A DNA stretch of 64,000 bases. It comes from Candidatus Binatota bacterium. GTDB taxonomy: Bacteria > Desulfobacterota > Binatia > UBA1149 > CAITLU01. The translations under genes were made by a program, and so were the position numbers. The stretch covers positions 1,268 through 65,267 of the forward strand of contig JAJRWY010000131.1 in assembly GCA_024276575.1 (NCBI GenBank), given 5' to 3'. This document shows, piece after piece, positions 19,853 to 30,159 of this stretch; position 1 is the stretch's first letter, and the number at the start of each line of letters is the position of its first letter. The notes beneath the pieces are model-generated. The model was not told the origin of the DNA, searched no databases, and was given only the letters and a program-made list of their open reading frames with translations.

Positions 19853-21244
19853 GTGATGGAGATGACTCTGGCTGAACTTGCTGAGACTACCGGGGAATCG
19901 CTGGCGGATCTCGAACGTTGGCGCGCGCTGGGGCTACTCGGCTCCGGCGACCGTTTTGACCATGTCGACGTCGAGCGCGTCCGGCTGTGTCGTTTGTTTT
20001 TGCGCTGCGGGGTTTCCCTAGAGGATATAGTTAGCGAGTTGCGCGACGGCTCTTTGGCGCCGCGGCTCGAGCGCTACTTGAGCGCGCGCTTTCCCGGTAG
20101 CGGGCGCCGGGCATGTTCAGTGGCGCAGGCCGCAGAACGTGTGGGTATGGAACTAGAACTCTTCACACGGCTGTGGAACTCGGCCACCGTCGGTAAGCAA
20201 CTGGCGGTTTTGAACGAGAAAGACATCGAGATGATGCGCGGAGTGAAGGCTGCCATGGAGGCCGGTTTTCCCGAAGAGGCCTTGACCCAACTGCTGCGTG
20301 TCTACGCCGATACGCTGGGCCGCGCGGCGGGCGCGGCGGGCGCTCTGTTCCATTTTTATGTCGACGGGCGGGCCGGTGGGCCCGCAGAGAAGCTCAGCAT
20401 CGGAGATCATGAGGCGCAGCGCCTGGAAGCTAGGCTGGTGGAGTTGAGCGAGCCCGCGGTTTTGTATTTCCATCGCCGTGGGGCGACCCGCGCCATGCGT
20501 GAGGACATGGTATGGCATCTGGCCAGCGCGACCGGCCTAGTCGAGCCCTCCGATGTTCCGGGGCAGCTTCTGCTTGCCATGGCGTTCGTTGATCTGTCGA
20601 GCTTTACGCCGTTGGCCGAGGCGATGGGCGATCTCAAGACGGCGGAGGTGCTGCAGCGCTTCGGTGCGTTGGTGCGGGAGTCCGTCAGCCCTCTCGACGG
20701 GCGCGTGATCAAGCAAATCGGCGACGCGTTCATGCTGAGTTTTCCTGAACCGGGTTCGGCGGTCAGTGCGATGCTGAACATCGTCGAACGAGCGGGGAGT
20801 GAATCTCAGTTCCCGGCGGTGCGGGGCGGGGTTCACTGGGGGCCGGTGCTTTACCGCGAAGGAGATTACTTGGGGAGCAGTGTCAACATTGCCTCTCGTA
20901 TCGCCGAAGCGGCTGGACGTAGGCAAGTGCTGGTTACGGCTGCCGTGCGCCAACAGGTTCGCGATCTCGTCGGGGTCGAGTTCGCTGCTATCGGCAAGAA
21001 GAAGCTGAAAGGTGTGGTGGACGAAATCGAGCTGTTCGAAGCGCGCCGCGAGCGCTGGAGCGATGTAGTGAAAGGCGTGGACCCGGTGTGCGGCATGGAA
21101 CTAAGGCCGGCTGAGGTGAGCGCCCGTGTGGAAATCAGCGGCCATGAGAGCGTGTTCTGTTCGCAGGAGTGCCTGCGACGCTATGTCGCGGCCCCGGAAC
21201 GCTATCCTCACGGAAGTTCCGGGCCGGCCAACCTGCGTTGTTAG
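19853..21244 (+). CDS. MerR-like HTH / class III nucleotidyl cyclase / YHS (TRASH) fusion protein
   Basis: N-terminal MerR-type HTH. A CHD domain follows (AFVDLSSFTPLAE ... IKQIGDAFML). The C-terminus has a CGMEL ... FCSQEC YHS/TRASH metal-binding motif. Confidence 0.6.
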   Translation: MMEMTLAELAETTGESLADLERWRALGLLGSGDRFDHVDVERVRLCRLFLRCGVSLEDIVSELRDGSLAPRLERYLSARFPGSGRRACSVAQAAERVGMELELFTRLWNSATVGKQLAVLNEKDIEMMRGVKAAMEAGFPEEALTQLLRVYADTLGRAAGAAGALFHFYVDGRAGGPAEKLSIGDHEAQRLEARLVELSEPAVLYFHRRGATRAMREDMVWHLASATGLVEPSDVPGQLLLAMAFVDLSSFTPLAEAMGDLKTAEVLQRFGALVRESVSPLDGRVIKQIGDAFMLSFPEPGSAVSAMLNIVERAGSESQFPAVRGGVHWGPVLYREGDYLGSSVNIASRIAEAAGRRQVLVTAAVRQQVRDLVGVEFAAIGKKKLKGVVDEIELFEARRERWSDVVKGVDPVCGMELRPAEVSARVEISGHESVFCSQECLRRYVAAPERYPHGSSGPANLRC

Positions 21245-21392
21245 TGATGCGTGAAGGCTCGTAGCAAGAATTTTGCGAATAATGCAGCCGAAGGCTTCCG
21301 AGAAGTTCTCTTTGGCCGTGCCGGTGCCGGGCACCGCCGATGTTACCTTGTGCTTTACCGGGGTTTGGAGAATCCCAGCGCCGTCGCCGCTG

Positions 21393-22979
21393 TCACTGCG
21401 CCGTACTCGTCGTCTGCCGCGCAGGCATCGGGCCGGCAAGCGATTGTCGGCCTTGTTGCCAAACCGCCAGTGCTCTGGATTCGAACTGCCGCGAGGTTTC
21501 GATATCTCCACGCAGCAGATGGACATAGCCGATGTTACGTAATGCCCAAGCGCGATCAGGGCTGCCGGGCGGCCGTGCCTTGCGTACGCGGTCGTAAAAG
21601 CGCCTGGCGTAGTCGAGAGCGGGCTGCAATTCGCCCATTTCACGATACACGGTGGCGAGGTTGGCAAACTCATTTAGATAAAGTGCGTCGCCGGGATCGA
21701 GGTTGCGAGCCGCCACCTGCAGGGCTCTTCCGTAAAGCCGTACGGCATTGCTATAGCGCCGCGTGGAACGCTCTATAACCGCCAGGTTGTCGTAGTTGGC
21801 GAGGTAGTCCGCAAGCATCTCTCGGTGGCCGAGCACGTCGAGTTGTGTCCACAACGCCTCGAGTTTGACCAGAGCTTTGGAGTAATAGTTGGCGGCTCGT
21901 GTATAGCGCCCCTTGTTGAAGTACGCATAGCCGACCGTTTGCAAAGCGCGGATCTGCGCAAGGGCGTCCGACGAGCGGTCGGCTTCGGCCAGAACGTCGA
22001 GGGCGCTTTGTTCGGCTCGAGTGTCCGCCATCCACAGGTTCTTTTGCAGTTCCAGGGCTTTTGCCGCGTCGGCGGAGCGGTTGAGCCGCGTAAGGACGGT
22101 GGCTTGGGAATCCAGGCCGAAAGGAACCGTGAACGGGAAATGTCCTTGCCGGGGAGTCACGAAGCGTGCTGAGAAAGGACTCGGCAGCCCTGCCTGTATG
22201 GCAGCATAATGCATGTCCCGCGCTTCCTCATGCACGTTCGTCCAGATCGCCAATCCACGTGCGAACAAAGGCTGTGACAAGCGGTACTTGCCCTGGCGCG
22301 AGTAAAACCCGGCCGCTTCTGCCAGTACCTGCGCCAGCCTGATGTCATGGGCGCCGTGGGCGTATTGGGCGCTGGCCACGCGTTTGAGAACCAACGGCTC
22401 GGCGTCCTTGTAGCGGCCATTGGCGACGAACACACGGATGAGGGCGGATCTTTCGATGTTGCATTCTCCGCGATCCTCATATTCGGGGTCGTCCTGGCAC
22501 ACTTGCAGGCCCTTGTAGTAATGCTCTTCGGCGTCGGCGTCATGCCCGGCCGCTTCATAGCCGCGTCCCAGCCGAAAATGGGCACTGCGTTGCGAACTCG
22601 GTTCGTCGAGCGGTCCGGTGGGATTCGCGATAACCAGCGCGCGCGTAATCACCGAGCGTGCCATCTCGAAACGGCCCTTACGGAGATGCGTTTCAGCAAG
22701 CAGCACCAGTAAGCTTACGGTTTCGTCATCGCCGGGTTCGAGCTTGCCTCGACGCCGCTCCAGAGCACCGAGTAGAATACGCTCGGCGGTGTCGTAGTCC
22801 TTGCGCGCGACCGCTGCGGCTGCAATATCGACCTCCTGGCGCAAGACTTGTTTCTCGTCGGGTAGCGGGGCGCTCGGCGCCGGCATCGCAATATAGATCT
22901 CTCCGCTTTGCTTATCGACGGTTATGCAGCCGGAGGCGAGTAGCAGCAGCAAAGAAGCACTCGCGAATGCTGCCATGGC
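21393..22979 (-). CDS. TPR-repeat lipoprotein
   Basis: Lipobox LLLASGC after the internal Met MAAFASAS; multiple TPR-like repeats. Confidence 0.55.
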   Translation of the reverse strand, partial: AMAAFASASLLLLLASGCITVDKQSGEIYIAMPAPSAPLPDEKQVLRQEVDIAAAAVARKDYDTAERILLGALERRRGKLEPGDDETVSLLVLLAETHLRKGRFEMARSVITRALVIANPTGPLDEPSSQRSAHFRLGRGYEAAGHDADAEEHYYKGLQVCQDDPEYEDRGECNIERSALIRVFVANGRYKDAEPLVLKRVASAQYAHGAHDIRLAQVLAEAAGFYSRQGKYRLSQPLFARGLAIWTNVHEEARDMHYAAIQAGLPSPFSARFVTPRQGHFPFTVPFGLDSQATVLTRLNRSADAAKALELQKNLWMADTRAEQSALDVLAEADRSSDALAQIRALQTVGYAYFNKGRYTRAANYYSKALVKLEALWTQLDVLGHREMLADYLANYDNLAVIERSTRRYSNAVRLYGRALQVAARNLDPGDALYLNEFANLATVYREMGELQPALDYARRFYDRVRKARPPGSPDRAWALRNIGYVHLLRGDIETSRQFESRALAVWQQGRQSLAGPMPARQTTSTAQ

Positions 22980-23248
22980 CCGGCTTCGGCGAAGCGGGGC
23001 CGGAGGGGCGGACAGTGTCGATGATACGGCTCGTCTCGACGAGTCGGAGCGTGTTGACGGGTAATGCAGCACTTTCATCGGATCGGATACGTCGGCGCAG
23101 TGTAGCAGAAATCCCCCTGGATCGTCTCAAAGAAACTTCGCTATCGCCGCTACAGGGTTAGAAATGGAACCCGATTCCATCCTAAAATCAATATTCGGAA
23201 GCGGCCCAGGTGTCCAGCACCATGTTTTCGCTTCAGGGCCGCCGTAAA

Positions 23249-24304
23249 ATGACCAGTTCCAGTCTTCATCAAGCCCAACGGATTCTGATACTGCGTTTGG
23301 GGGCAATCGGGGATGCCCTGCGCGTGCTGCCCGCCCTGGCGCGGATTCGCCGCACTCGTCCCCGGGCTTTCATCGGTTGGGCCGTGGAACACTGGGTCCA
23401 TCCCGTGTTAGCCGCCAATTCCGCGGTGGACCGGTTTCACATACTTGACCGGCGCCTTGTCAAAGCCGGGGGGATTGCTGCGCTCCAGGAGTTGCGCCGC
23501 CACGCCGCGGAGATTCGTGATTGCGGTTACGATGTGGTTCTGGATTTCCATGGCCGTTTCAAGAGCGGGGTGATCTCGAGGATGTCCGGCGTCTCCGCTC
23601 GTGTGGGCTTTGCCGCCGGAGACAGTACCGAGGCCAACCACCTGTTCAACAACGTACATGTGCGGCTAGAGGATCGATGGGAGAACCGGGTCTTGCGTTT
23701 CCTTCATCTGCTCGAACCCCTGGGCATGGATACCGGTTTCGATCCCGACGATATGGGCATAGTACTCGACCGCGAGTCTCTCGAAGCCGCACGGTCGTGG
23801 TATCTCGAAGCCGGCAAACCGCCCCTTGCGCTCTATCCGGGCTGCAGTGCGGTGCGTAGCGGCGAGCGTTGGCCTTTGGATAAATGGCAATCCTTACTAC
23901 GTGAACTTGATCAACGCAGTGTCGAGTCAGTAGTTTTCTGGGGGCCGGCCGAGCAGGACTTAGCGGCGGCCGTTGCTGCGGCGGGGCCGAACAGGTGTCG
24001 CTTGGCCCCGGCCACTTCACTGCCCGAGATGATGGCCATGCTCGGCTGTTTCCGAGCGTTTCTGGGCTCGGATACCGCGGCCATGCATATGTCGTGGATG
24101 CAGAAAGTCGCGACGGGCGTGTTCGTAGGGCCCAAGCCACCACGCACGGTAGCGCCGCTGCCGCCGGTGAGTTCACGCATACTGCGGGTGGAATCTCACT
24201 ATCGCGAGGGGTTGGGAAGGCGTAAACAGCCCGTTGAGATCATCAGTGAAGTGCCGGTTCCCGACGCTTTGGAAGCGGTGGATTACTTGTTGCAAGGCGA
24301 TTGA
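23249..24304 (+). CDS. glycosyltransferase family 9 (LPS heptosyltransferase-like)
   Basis: ILILRLGAIGDALRVLPAL N-terminal motif and overall GT9 architecture. Confidence 0.7.
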   Translation: MTSSSLHQAQRILILRLGAIGDALRVLPALARIRRTRPRAFIGWAVEHWVHPVLAANSAVDRFHILDRRLVKAGGIAALQELRRHAAEIRDCGYDVVLDFHGRFKSGVISRMSGVSARVGFAAGDSTEANHLFNNVHVRLEDRWENRVLRFLHLLEPLGMDTGFDPDDMGIVLDRESLEAARSWYLEAGKPPLALYPGCSAVRSGERWPLDKWQSLLRELDQRSVESVVFWGPAEQDLAAAVAAAGPNRCRLAPATSLPEMMAMLGCFRAFLGSDTAAMHMSWMQKVATGVFVGPKPPRTVAPLPPVSSRILRVESHYREGLGRRKQPVEIISEVPVPDALEAVDYLLQGD

Positions 24305-24481
24305 ATCTTAGCTGCCAGCCTGGCGCTGCTTCAGCCTGCATTAGCCAGGAAAGTTTGCTACGAGTCGCATGCGGCTCTCGCGGCGAGTTTTCATGAAACA
24401 TGAAGGTTAGCGGATAGACGACCGCGGGCCGGCTGTGCAAGGGTGGTCGCTTGCAAGCTTGGCCCGGCGGCGCGATACGAA

Positions 24482-25084
24482 GTTATGGAACTTTCCGACC
24501 TTGACGTTGTTTCTCTGCACGATGAAGCTCTCCGGCAATGGTATGCCTTATCAGAGCAACCCGAAGTCGAGGCCGGCGATTCTTTGGAGTCGGTGGTCCT
24601 CGCCCAGCATTTTTGCAATTTCTCGTTGTGGAATCTCGAAGATGAAGCCCGCCGCATCGACGTGGACGACTCCTATATTGCGAACATCAAACGGGCCATC
24701 GATGCGCGTAACCAGAAGCGTAACGATTTGGTCGAAAGGGTTGATGAACGGTTGCTGGCAGAACTTGAAGGTGTCGATGTTTCCGCAGCCGAGCGCCATT
24801 CGGAAACCGCCGGCGCGATCATCGACCGGCTGTCTATTCTGTCTCTTAAAATATGGCACATGAGCCTGAATGCCCGGCGCGAGGACGATGCCGGGTTGGC
24901 GTCGGAGTGCCGGGAGAAATTGAAGGTGTTGGAGAGACAGCGTTCGGACCTTGCGTCTTGTCTGCGCCGTTTGCTTGAAGACTTTGCGGCCGGCCGGCGT
25001 TTCTTTTGCGTCTACAGGCAGTACAAAGCCTACAACGATGAGCGTTTGAACCCCTCGCTTTACAAGAACAAGGCCGGCGCATAG
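24482..25084 (+). CDS. DUF4254-like hypothetical protein
   Basis: About 200-aa protein following the GT9 gene; the pattern FCNFSLWNLEDEAR resembles DUF4254, which is often linked to heptosyltransferases. Confidence 0.4.
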   Translation, partial: VMELSDLDVVSLHDEALRQWYALSEQPEVEAGDSLESVVLAQHFCNFSLWNLEDEARRIDVDDSYIANIKRAIDARNQKRNDLVERVDERLLAELEGVDVSAAERHSETAGAIIDRLSILSLKIWHMSLNARREDDAGLASECREKLKVLERQRSDLASCLRRLLEDFAAGRRFFCVYRQYKAYNDERLNPSLYKNKAGA

Positions 25085-25121
25085 CGGCTGTGGAGTTGGT
25101 GCGGAGCCGACACGGAGGCTG

Positions 25122-25210
25122 GGCCCGCACGTGACCGGTAAGGGCGCGGCACGTGACCGGAAAGGGGCCCGCACGTAGCCGGTAAGGGGGCGGCACGTGG
25201 TTGGCACGGA
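25122..25210. repeat. four tandem ~23-bp repeats with CACGTG/CACGTA cores
   Basis: Units: GGGCCCGCACGTGACCGGTAAGG / GCGCGGCACGTGACCGGAAAGGG / GCCCGCACGTAGCCGGTAAGGGG / GCGGCACGTGGTTGGCACGG. Confidence 0.7.
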
Positions 25211-25251
25211 CGGCGGCATGAGAATGGCCGGTTGAAGGAGCACACTCGAGA

Positions 25252-26130
25252 ATGAAATCAGTAGAAACGATCAAACTTTCCGCCAATGGGCTCGATTTTA
25301 CTGCGTTGATGGCAGGACAAGGGCCTTTGTTGCTGTGCCTGCACGGCTTTCCTGACAACGCGAAGAGTTTCCGCTTCCAGTTCGAAGCGCTGGCCGGGGC
25401 CGGCTACCGGGTAGTTGCGCCCTACATGCGCGGTTACGCGCCGACCCAAGCCTGCCCCCGGGGCCGTTATCAAAGCGCGGTGCTGTCTCGCGATGTAATT
25501 GCTCTCATCGATGCCCTGGGTGCAGACAAAGCGCATGTGCTCGGCCACGATTGGGGAGCGGTTGCAGCATACGGGGCCGCACTCGCCGAGCCCTCGCGCT
25601 TTGAGAGCCTCATCGCGGCGGCCGTTCCTTACGGACCTGCAGTGGGGCAGGCGCTGATGAGCGATTTCGATCAACAGAAGCGCTCCTGGTACATGTATTT
25701 TTTCCAGACTCCGTTCGCCGAGGCAGCGCTTGCCCATGAAGATTTCGCTTTCATAAAGCACCTGTGGCGAGATTGGTCTCCCGACTACCATTGTCCCGAT
25801 GCCGATATGGAGGCGTTGATCGAGACCTTCAAGGAACCCGGAGTAGTCGAGGCTGCGCTGGGATACTACCGCTGTATGTTCCAGCCCGAGCTTCAGGACC
25901 CGGCTTTGGCTGATGAGCAGATGCAGTTTGGTTTTGCGCCCATTGCGGTGCGTACGCTGTATCTGCACGGGGCCAACGACGGGTGTATTGGCGGCTACCT
26001 AGCTGCCGGCATGGAGGAGATGTTGCCTGCCGGACTGACGAAGGTGACGATCGAGGGCGCCGGCCACTTCATGCACGTAGAGAAGCCCGATGAAGTCAAT
26101 CGTGCCGTAATGGAGTTCCTGGCGCGATAG
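25252..26130 (+). CDS. alpha/beta hydrolase (epoxide-hydrolase-like)
   Basis: HGFPD oxyanion motif, a GHDWG nucleophile elbow and a C-terminal HF.H motif. Confidence 0.75.
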   Translation: MKSVETIKLSANGLDFTALMAGQGPLLLCLHGFPDNAKSFRFQFEALAGAGYRVVAPYMRGYAPTQACPRGRYQSAVLSRDVIALIDALGADKAHVLGHDWGAVAAYGAALAEPSRFESLIAAAVPYGPAVGQALMSDFDQQKRSWYMYFFQTPFAEAALAHEDFAFIKHLWRDWSPDYHCPDADMEALIETFKEPGVVEAALGYYRCMFQPELQDPALADEQMQFGFAPIAVRTLYLHGANDGCIGGYLAAGMEEMLPAGLTKVTIEGAGHFMHVEKPDEVNRAVMEFLAR

Positions 26131-26607
26131 GAGCTGGCCGCGGCGGGCTCATACTGGAACGCCTTCCCCTTTAGCGAGTCGGTCGGGGTCCGGTCTTCCT
26201 TGCGAGGATCGGTCCGGCGGACGGGGAAGGCGTCCTTGCCATGCGCCAGGCGGCGCGGTGACAATCCTTTGAAAACACGGATTAGATAGCAGCCGTAGCC
26301 CCGCGTCTGCTACCACAAAATCGTTTTTTCTTTTGTCCAGGGCTCGCCCCTTGCGCTTAGCGCTTCCCCGGATTGCGTTTTCCGCCCGGGTTAGAAGGCT
26401 GCTGGGAGCGTTGCCGTTTCCCTTGGTTTGGACAAACCATGCTTCCGTTCTATGTGTTGAACATCCGAGCGGGCATCCGGTCGCTGCTGGATGCCGGGCC
26501 AAGATCTTGAAAAGTATAGATAAAATGAGGGGTGAGGGTATCTCGGTGAGGTAAGGGAGTAGCTCGGCGTCTAGCAGGGCCGGTTCGCTGCGCATTGGGG
26601 AGTAGGA

Positions 26608-27333
26608 ATGGAGACACAAGCAAGGATTGACGGACGCGGCCCTTCAGACCTGCGCCGGGTAAAGATAACTCCGGGTTTCATCGAGCAGGCCGAGGGCTCG
26701 GTTTTGATCGAGGCCGGGCGCACCAAGGTCATCTGTACCGCCAGCGTGGAGGACGGGGTGCCTCCGTTCCTGGAAGGCAAGGGGCGCGGATGGGTGACTG
26801 CCGAGTACGGGATGCTCCCGCGTGCTACCAACACGCGCAATGACCGGGAGGCTGCGCGTGGCAAGGTCGGCGGCCGCACCATGGAAATTCAGCGCTTGAT
26901 CGGGCGCAGTATACGCGCGGCGGTTGATATGGCCGCCCTGGGAGAGCGCACCATAAAGCTCGACTGTGATGTCATTCAAGCCGACGGCGGCACACGAACT
27001 GCCTCGATCACCGGAGCCTGGGTTGCGTTGGCGCTTGCCTGCCGTCATTTGCAGGCCGAGGGCCGCATGGACCGCGACCCGCTACTGCTCGGAGTGGCGG
27101 CGGTAAGCGTTGGTATCGTTGAAGGCCGTGCGTTACTCGACTTGTGCTACCAGGAGGATTCCGCCGCTGGTGTGGACATGAACGTGGTGATGACATCGGG
27201 GCGGCAGTTCGTGGAGATACAAGGAACTGCCGAGGGGGAAACCTTCAACAAGGCCGAACTCGAGGTGCTGACCGATTTGGCTTGGTCGGGAATACAGCGC
27301 CTGCTGCTTGCGCAAAGGACTGCGCTTGGCTGA
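26608..27333 (+). CDS. rph: ribonuclease PH
   Basis: [11 protein letters not shown] ... [22 protein letters not shown]; classic RNase PH. Confidence 0.85.
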   Translation: METQARIDGRGPSDLRRVKITPGFIEQAEGSVLIEAGRTKVICTASVEDGVPPFLEGKGRGWVTAEYGMLPRATNTRNDREAARGKVGGRTMEIQRLIGRSIRAAVDMAALGERTIKLDCDVIQADGGTRTASITGAWVALALACRHLQAEGRMDRDPLLLGVAAVSVGIVEGRALLDLCYQEDSAAGVDMNVVMTSGRQFVEIQGTAEGETFNKAELEVLTDLAWSGIQRLLLAQRTALG

Positions 27334-27940
27334 GCGCATAGCTAAGCTGGTCTTGGCCAGTGGCAACCGCGGCAAGCTCGAAGATTTCCGCGCGCTGTTG
27401 TCGGGCAGCGCTATCGAATGCCTGCTCCCCGAGGATTTGGGATTGCGTTTCGAAGTCGAGGAGAGTGGCAGCAGCTTTGCGCAAAATGCCCTGCTGAAGG
27501 CTCGCGCTTGCGCCGGACTCCTTGGCGACCACCGCCTGCCCGTTCTTGCCGACGATTCAGGATTGGAAGTCGACGCGCTCGGAGGCCGCCCCGGTATCCA
27601 TTCCGCACGTTTCGCCGGCGACGCCGCGACCGACGCCGACAATAATGCCAAGTTGTTGCGTGAACTGGCTGACAGTTCTGATCGCTCTGCCTCTTTCGTC
27701 TGCGTGCTCGCCTTGCTGTTGCCCGGGGGTGGCGAACTGCTGTTAGAAGGCCGCTGCCGGGGCCGCATTCTCCACCAACCAAAAGGGCAGGGGGGCTTTG
27801 GCTATGATCCTCTGTTCTTTCAGGAGGACATTGCCTGCAGTTTCGGCGAGGCCACCCACGCGTTGAAGAATGCCAACAGCCACCGCGCTGCAGCAGTTGC
27901 CGAACTGCTGCGCGAACTGTACCTTCGGGGCCTACTGTGA
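27308..27940 (+). CDS. rdgB: dITP/XTP pyrophosphatase (Ham1/RdgB)
   Basis: [14 protein letters not shown] ... FGYDPLF motifs. The true start is probably an alternative codon just after the rph stop near 27334. Confidence 0.75.
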   Translation: MRKGLRLAERIAKLVLASGNRGKLEDFRALLSGSAIECLLPEDLGLRFEVEESGSSFAQNALLKARACAGLLGDHRLPVLADDSGLEVDALGGRPGIHSARFAGDAATDADNNAKLLRELADSSDRSASFVCVLALLLPGGGELLLEGRCRGRILHQPKGQGGFGYDPLFFQEDIACSFGEATHALKNANSHRAAAVAELLRELYLRGLL

Positions 27941-27962
27941 GAGCCGCTTCTCATCCCTGACC

Positions 27963-29114
27963 ATGGCCTTCCCTTCTTCTTCATCCCACGTCCCCAACAC
28001 ATACTCATGGCGCGAGTTTTCCGGGTCCTTGGGAGATCTCGGCTTGTTCGTCCCACTGTGCGTGGCGATGGCCGCAGTCGGCGGTTTGGATTTCGGAACC
28101 ATATTGGTCGCCGCCGGTTTGATGAATATAGCCACTGGTTTGTTTTTCCGGCAGCCGATCCCCGTGCAGCCCATGAAAGCCATTGCGGTAGTGGTCATCA
28201 CCGAAGGGCTCAGCAAGGGTGAAGTCATGGCTTCGGGCCTGGTGATGGGATTGCTTATGTTGCTGCTAGCAGTCACCGGCTCGATAGAGCTGATTGATCG
28301 CAGAATCCCTGCCGCGCTGGTACGCGGCATTCAGCTTGGCGTAGGCCTCAAACTGGCGGCTAAGGGGGTAGAGTGGGTCTCCGAGTTGCCGCTGCTTGGA
28401 TGGGACAGCGTCCTTGTCGCCTTGCTCGCGGGACTGGCGCTCTTGCTTTTCATCGCCCGCGAGAAGCCCTGGCTACCCTTGATCTTCTCGGCAGGCTTTG
28501 TCGTCATCTATTTTGCCCATCCCGAAGCGTATGCGGGTATCGATTGGTCTTTTTCGTTGTCTCTTCCCTCCTGGCCCGCACTCCCCGACTGGGAAGCAGG
28601 TTTCTTGCGTGGTGCCCTGCCGCAGTTGCCTCTGACTTTGCTCAACTCGGTAGTCGCCGTTTGCGCGCTTAGCTCCGCCTACTTCCCCGGGCGTGGGATA
28701 AGGCCGCGCGAGATGGCTATCAGCGTAGCCCTGATGAATCTGTTGTGCTGCCCCTTCGGAGCCGTTCCAATGTGCCACGGTTCGGGCGGTTTGGCCGCGC
28801 AGTACCGCTTCGGTTCGCGCAGTGGCGGTAGTGTAGTGATGCTGGGGATCGCGAAGACCGTGGTCGGATTGTGTTTCGGAGGAGCGCTTCTCGGCTTGCT
28901 CGGCGGCTATCCTAAAGCGATCTTGGGGCCTATGTTGGTTTTTGCCGGCGTGGAGCTTGCCCGCGCTTGTGCCGACCTTGCCGGCGACAAGCGTGCCCTT
29001 CCGGTGCTACTTCTGACCGCAGCGGCCATCGTGGGCAGCAACACTTTCATCGGCTTCATGGTCGGTGCGGGTTATTACTTACTCTCTTCGCAGCATGAAC
29101 GGCGTACGCAGTAG
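27963..29114 (+). CDS. MOT1-like putative molybdate/sulfate transporter
   Basis: WREFSGSLGDLGLFVPL motif; a polytopic membrane protein; start taken at the internal Met. Confidence 0.5.
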   Translation: MAFPSSSSHVPNTYSWREFSGSLGDLGLFVPLCVAMAAVGGLDFGTILVAAGLMNIATGLFFRQPIPVQPMKAIAVVVITEGLSKGEVMASGLVMGLLMLLLAVTGSIELIDRRIPAALVRGIQLGVGLKLAAKGVEWVSELPLLGWDSVLVALLAGLALLLFIAREKPWLPLIFSAGFVVIYFAHPEAYAGIDWSFSLSLPSWPALPDWEAGFLRGALPQLPLTLLNSVVAVCALSSAYFPGRGIRPREMAISVALMNLLCCPFGAVPMCHGSGGLAAQYRFGSRSGGSVVMLGIAKTVVGLCFGGALLGLLGGYPKAILGPMLVFAGVELARACADLAGDKRALPVLLLTAAAIVGSNTFIGFMVGAGYYLLSSQHERRTQ

Positions 29115-29189
29115 GCAGCATGAACGGCGTACTCGGTAGGCAGCATGAACGGCGTACGCGGTAGGCAGCATGAAGGGTGCATGCGGTAG
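29090..29189. repeat. 4 x 25-bp tandem repeat (GCAGCATGAACGGCGTACGCAGTAG) spanning the transporter stop codon
   Basis: Unit 1 encodes the last residues and the TAG stop of the transporter; three more copies follow. Confidence 0.75.
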
Positions 29190-29245
29190 CATTCGAGCAG
29201 TCTTAGTCTTGGATAGCGTTTGAGCGGCGCAGAGAAGCGCGATAT

Positions 29246-29353
29246 CGAACCGTCGAACCGTTGCTTGGTTCGTCTGCTACGGCGAGTCCTGTTGAGAAAA
29301 GGGAGGCGGGCTAGGCCTATAGAACCGTTGTTTGATTCGTCTGCTAACGCGAG
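29246..29353. promoter_or_regulatory. two ~32-bp direct repeats, each containing the palindrome GAACCGTTGYTTGRTTCG
   Basis: GAACCGTTGCTTGGTTCGTCTGCTACGGCGAG and GAACCGTTGTTTGATTCGTCTGCTAACGCGAG lie 20-120 bp upstream of the rhodanese start. Confidence 0.4.
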
Positions 29354-29372
29354 ATGGCGGGAGGTGGTTGCA

Positions 29373-29879
29373 ATGAAAGTCTTTTCAAGTGTTTCGGGCG
29401 TTTTGCCGGCAGTTTTGCTCTTTGCCGTTTCGACCACGTCGCTTTGCTTCGCGAAAGGAGGCGGGGCCGAAGTGCTAGGCGGCGGTAGCGGCGGTAACGG
29501 CGGTGCTGCGGTGGCGGGTGTTGCCGGGGGTGCCTCGGGAGGTACTGCGGCCGCTGCCCTTGAAGCCGCCGAGGTGGATGTGGACGAGGCGCGCCGTTTA
29601 CACGATGCGGGCGTTTACTTGCTCGATGTAAGATCGCAAGAAGAGTGGGATACCCGGCATGTTGCCGGTGCGGTGCTCATTCCGCTTGATCAGCTTGCCA
29701 AGCGCAGTGGCGAACTGCCGCGTGACCGGCGTATTCTGCTGATCTGCCGTTCCGGGAGGCGCAGCAAGGCCGCCCGCGAGATCCTTGTGCAAGCGGGCTT
29801 CAAGAACGTAAGCAGCGTGACCGGCGGCTTGAATGCCTGGATTGCGAAGGGATTCCCCGTGGTGGGCGATACGCGCTAA
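29373..29879 (+). CDS. periplasmic rhodanese-domain sulfurtransferase
   Basis: GGAGG RBS, a signal peptide and a Gly-rich linker. Rhodanese motifs YLLDVRSQEEW and the active-site loop CRSGRRS are present. Confidence 0.7.
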   Translation: MKVFSSVSGVLPAVLLFAVSTTSLCFAKGGGAEVLGGGSGGNGGAAVAGVAGGASGGTAAAALEAAEVDVDEARRLHDAGVYLLDVRSQEEWDTRHVAGAVLIPLDQLAKRSGELPRDRRILLICRSGRRSKAAREILVQAGFKNVSSVTGGLNAWIAKGFPVVGDTR

Positions 29880-29968
29880 GAGAAGTGTCCCGGGCCAGGA
29901 TATCCTGTGGCGGGCTTGCGCGCTTGGCCTTGAAACCGGCGCGAGGCTAGGAAACAATCCCCGCACTT

Positions 29969-30045
<77 letters not shown>

Positions 30046-30082
30046 CTTTCCGGCGGTTCCGATTCTCGAGGTTCCGCCGAGC

Positions 30083-30159
30083 GCGCCAGTAGCTCAGTTG
30101 GATAGAGCATCGGCCTTCTAAGCCGGTGGTCGCAGGTTCGAGTCCTGCCTGGCGCGCCA
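30083..30159 (+). tRNA. tRNA-Arg (anticodon TCT)
   Basis: Acceptor GCGCCAG/CTGGCGC, D-arm AGCTCAGTTGGATAGAGC, anticodon loop CTTCTAA, T-loop GGTTCGAGTCC, and an encoded CCA. Confidence 0.85.
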
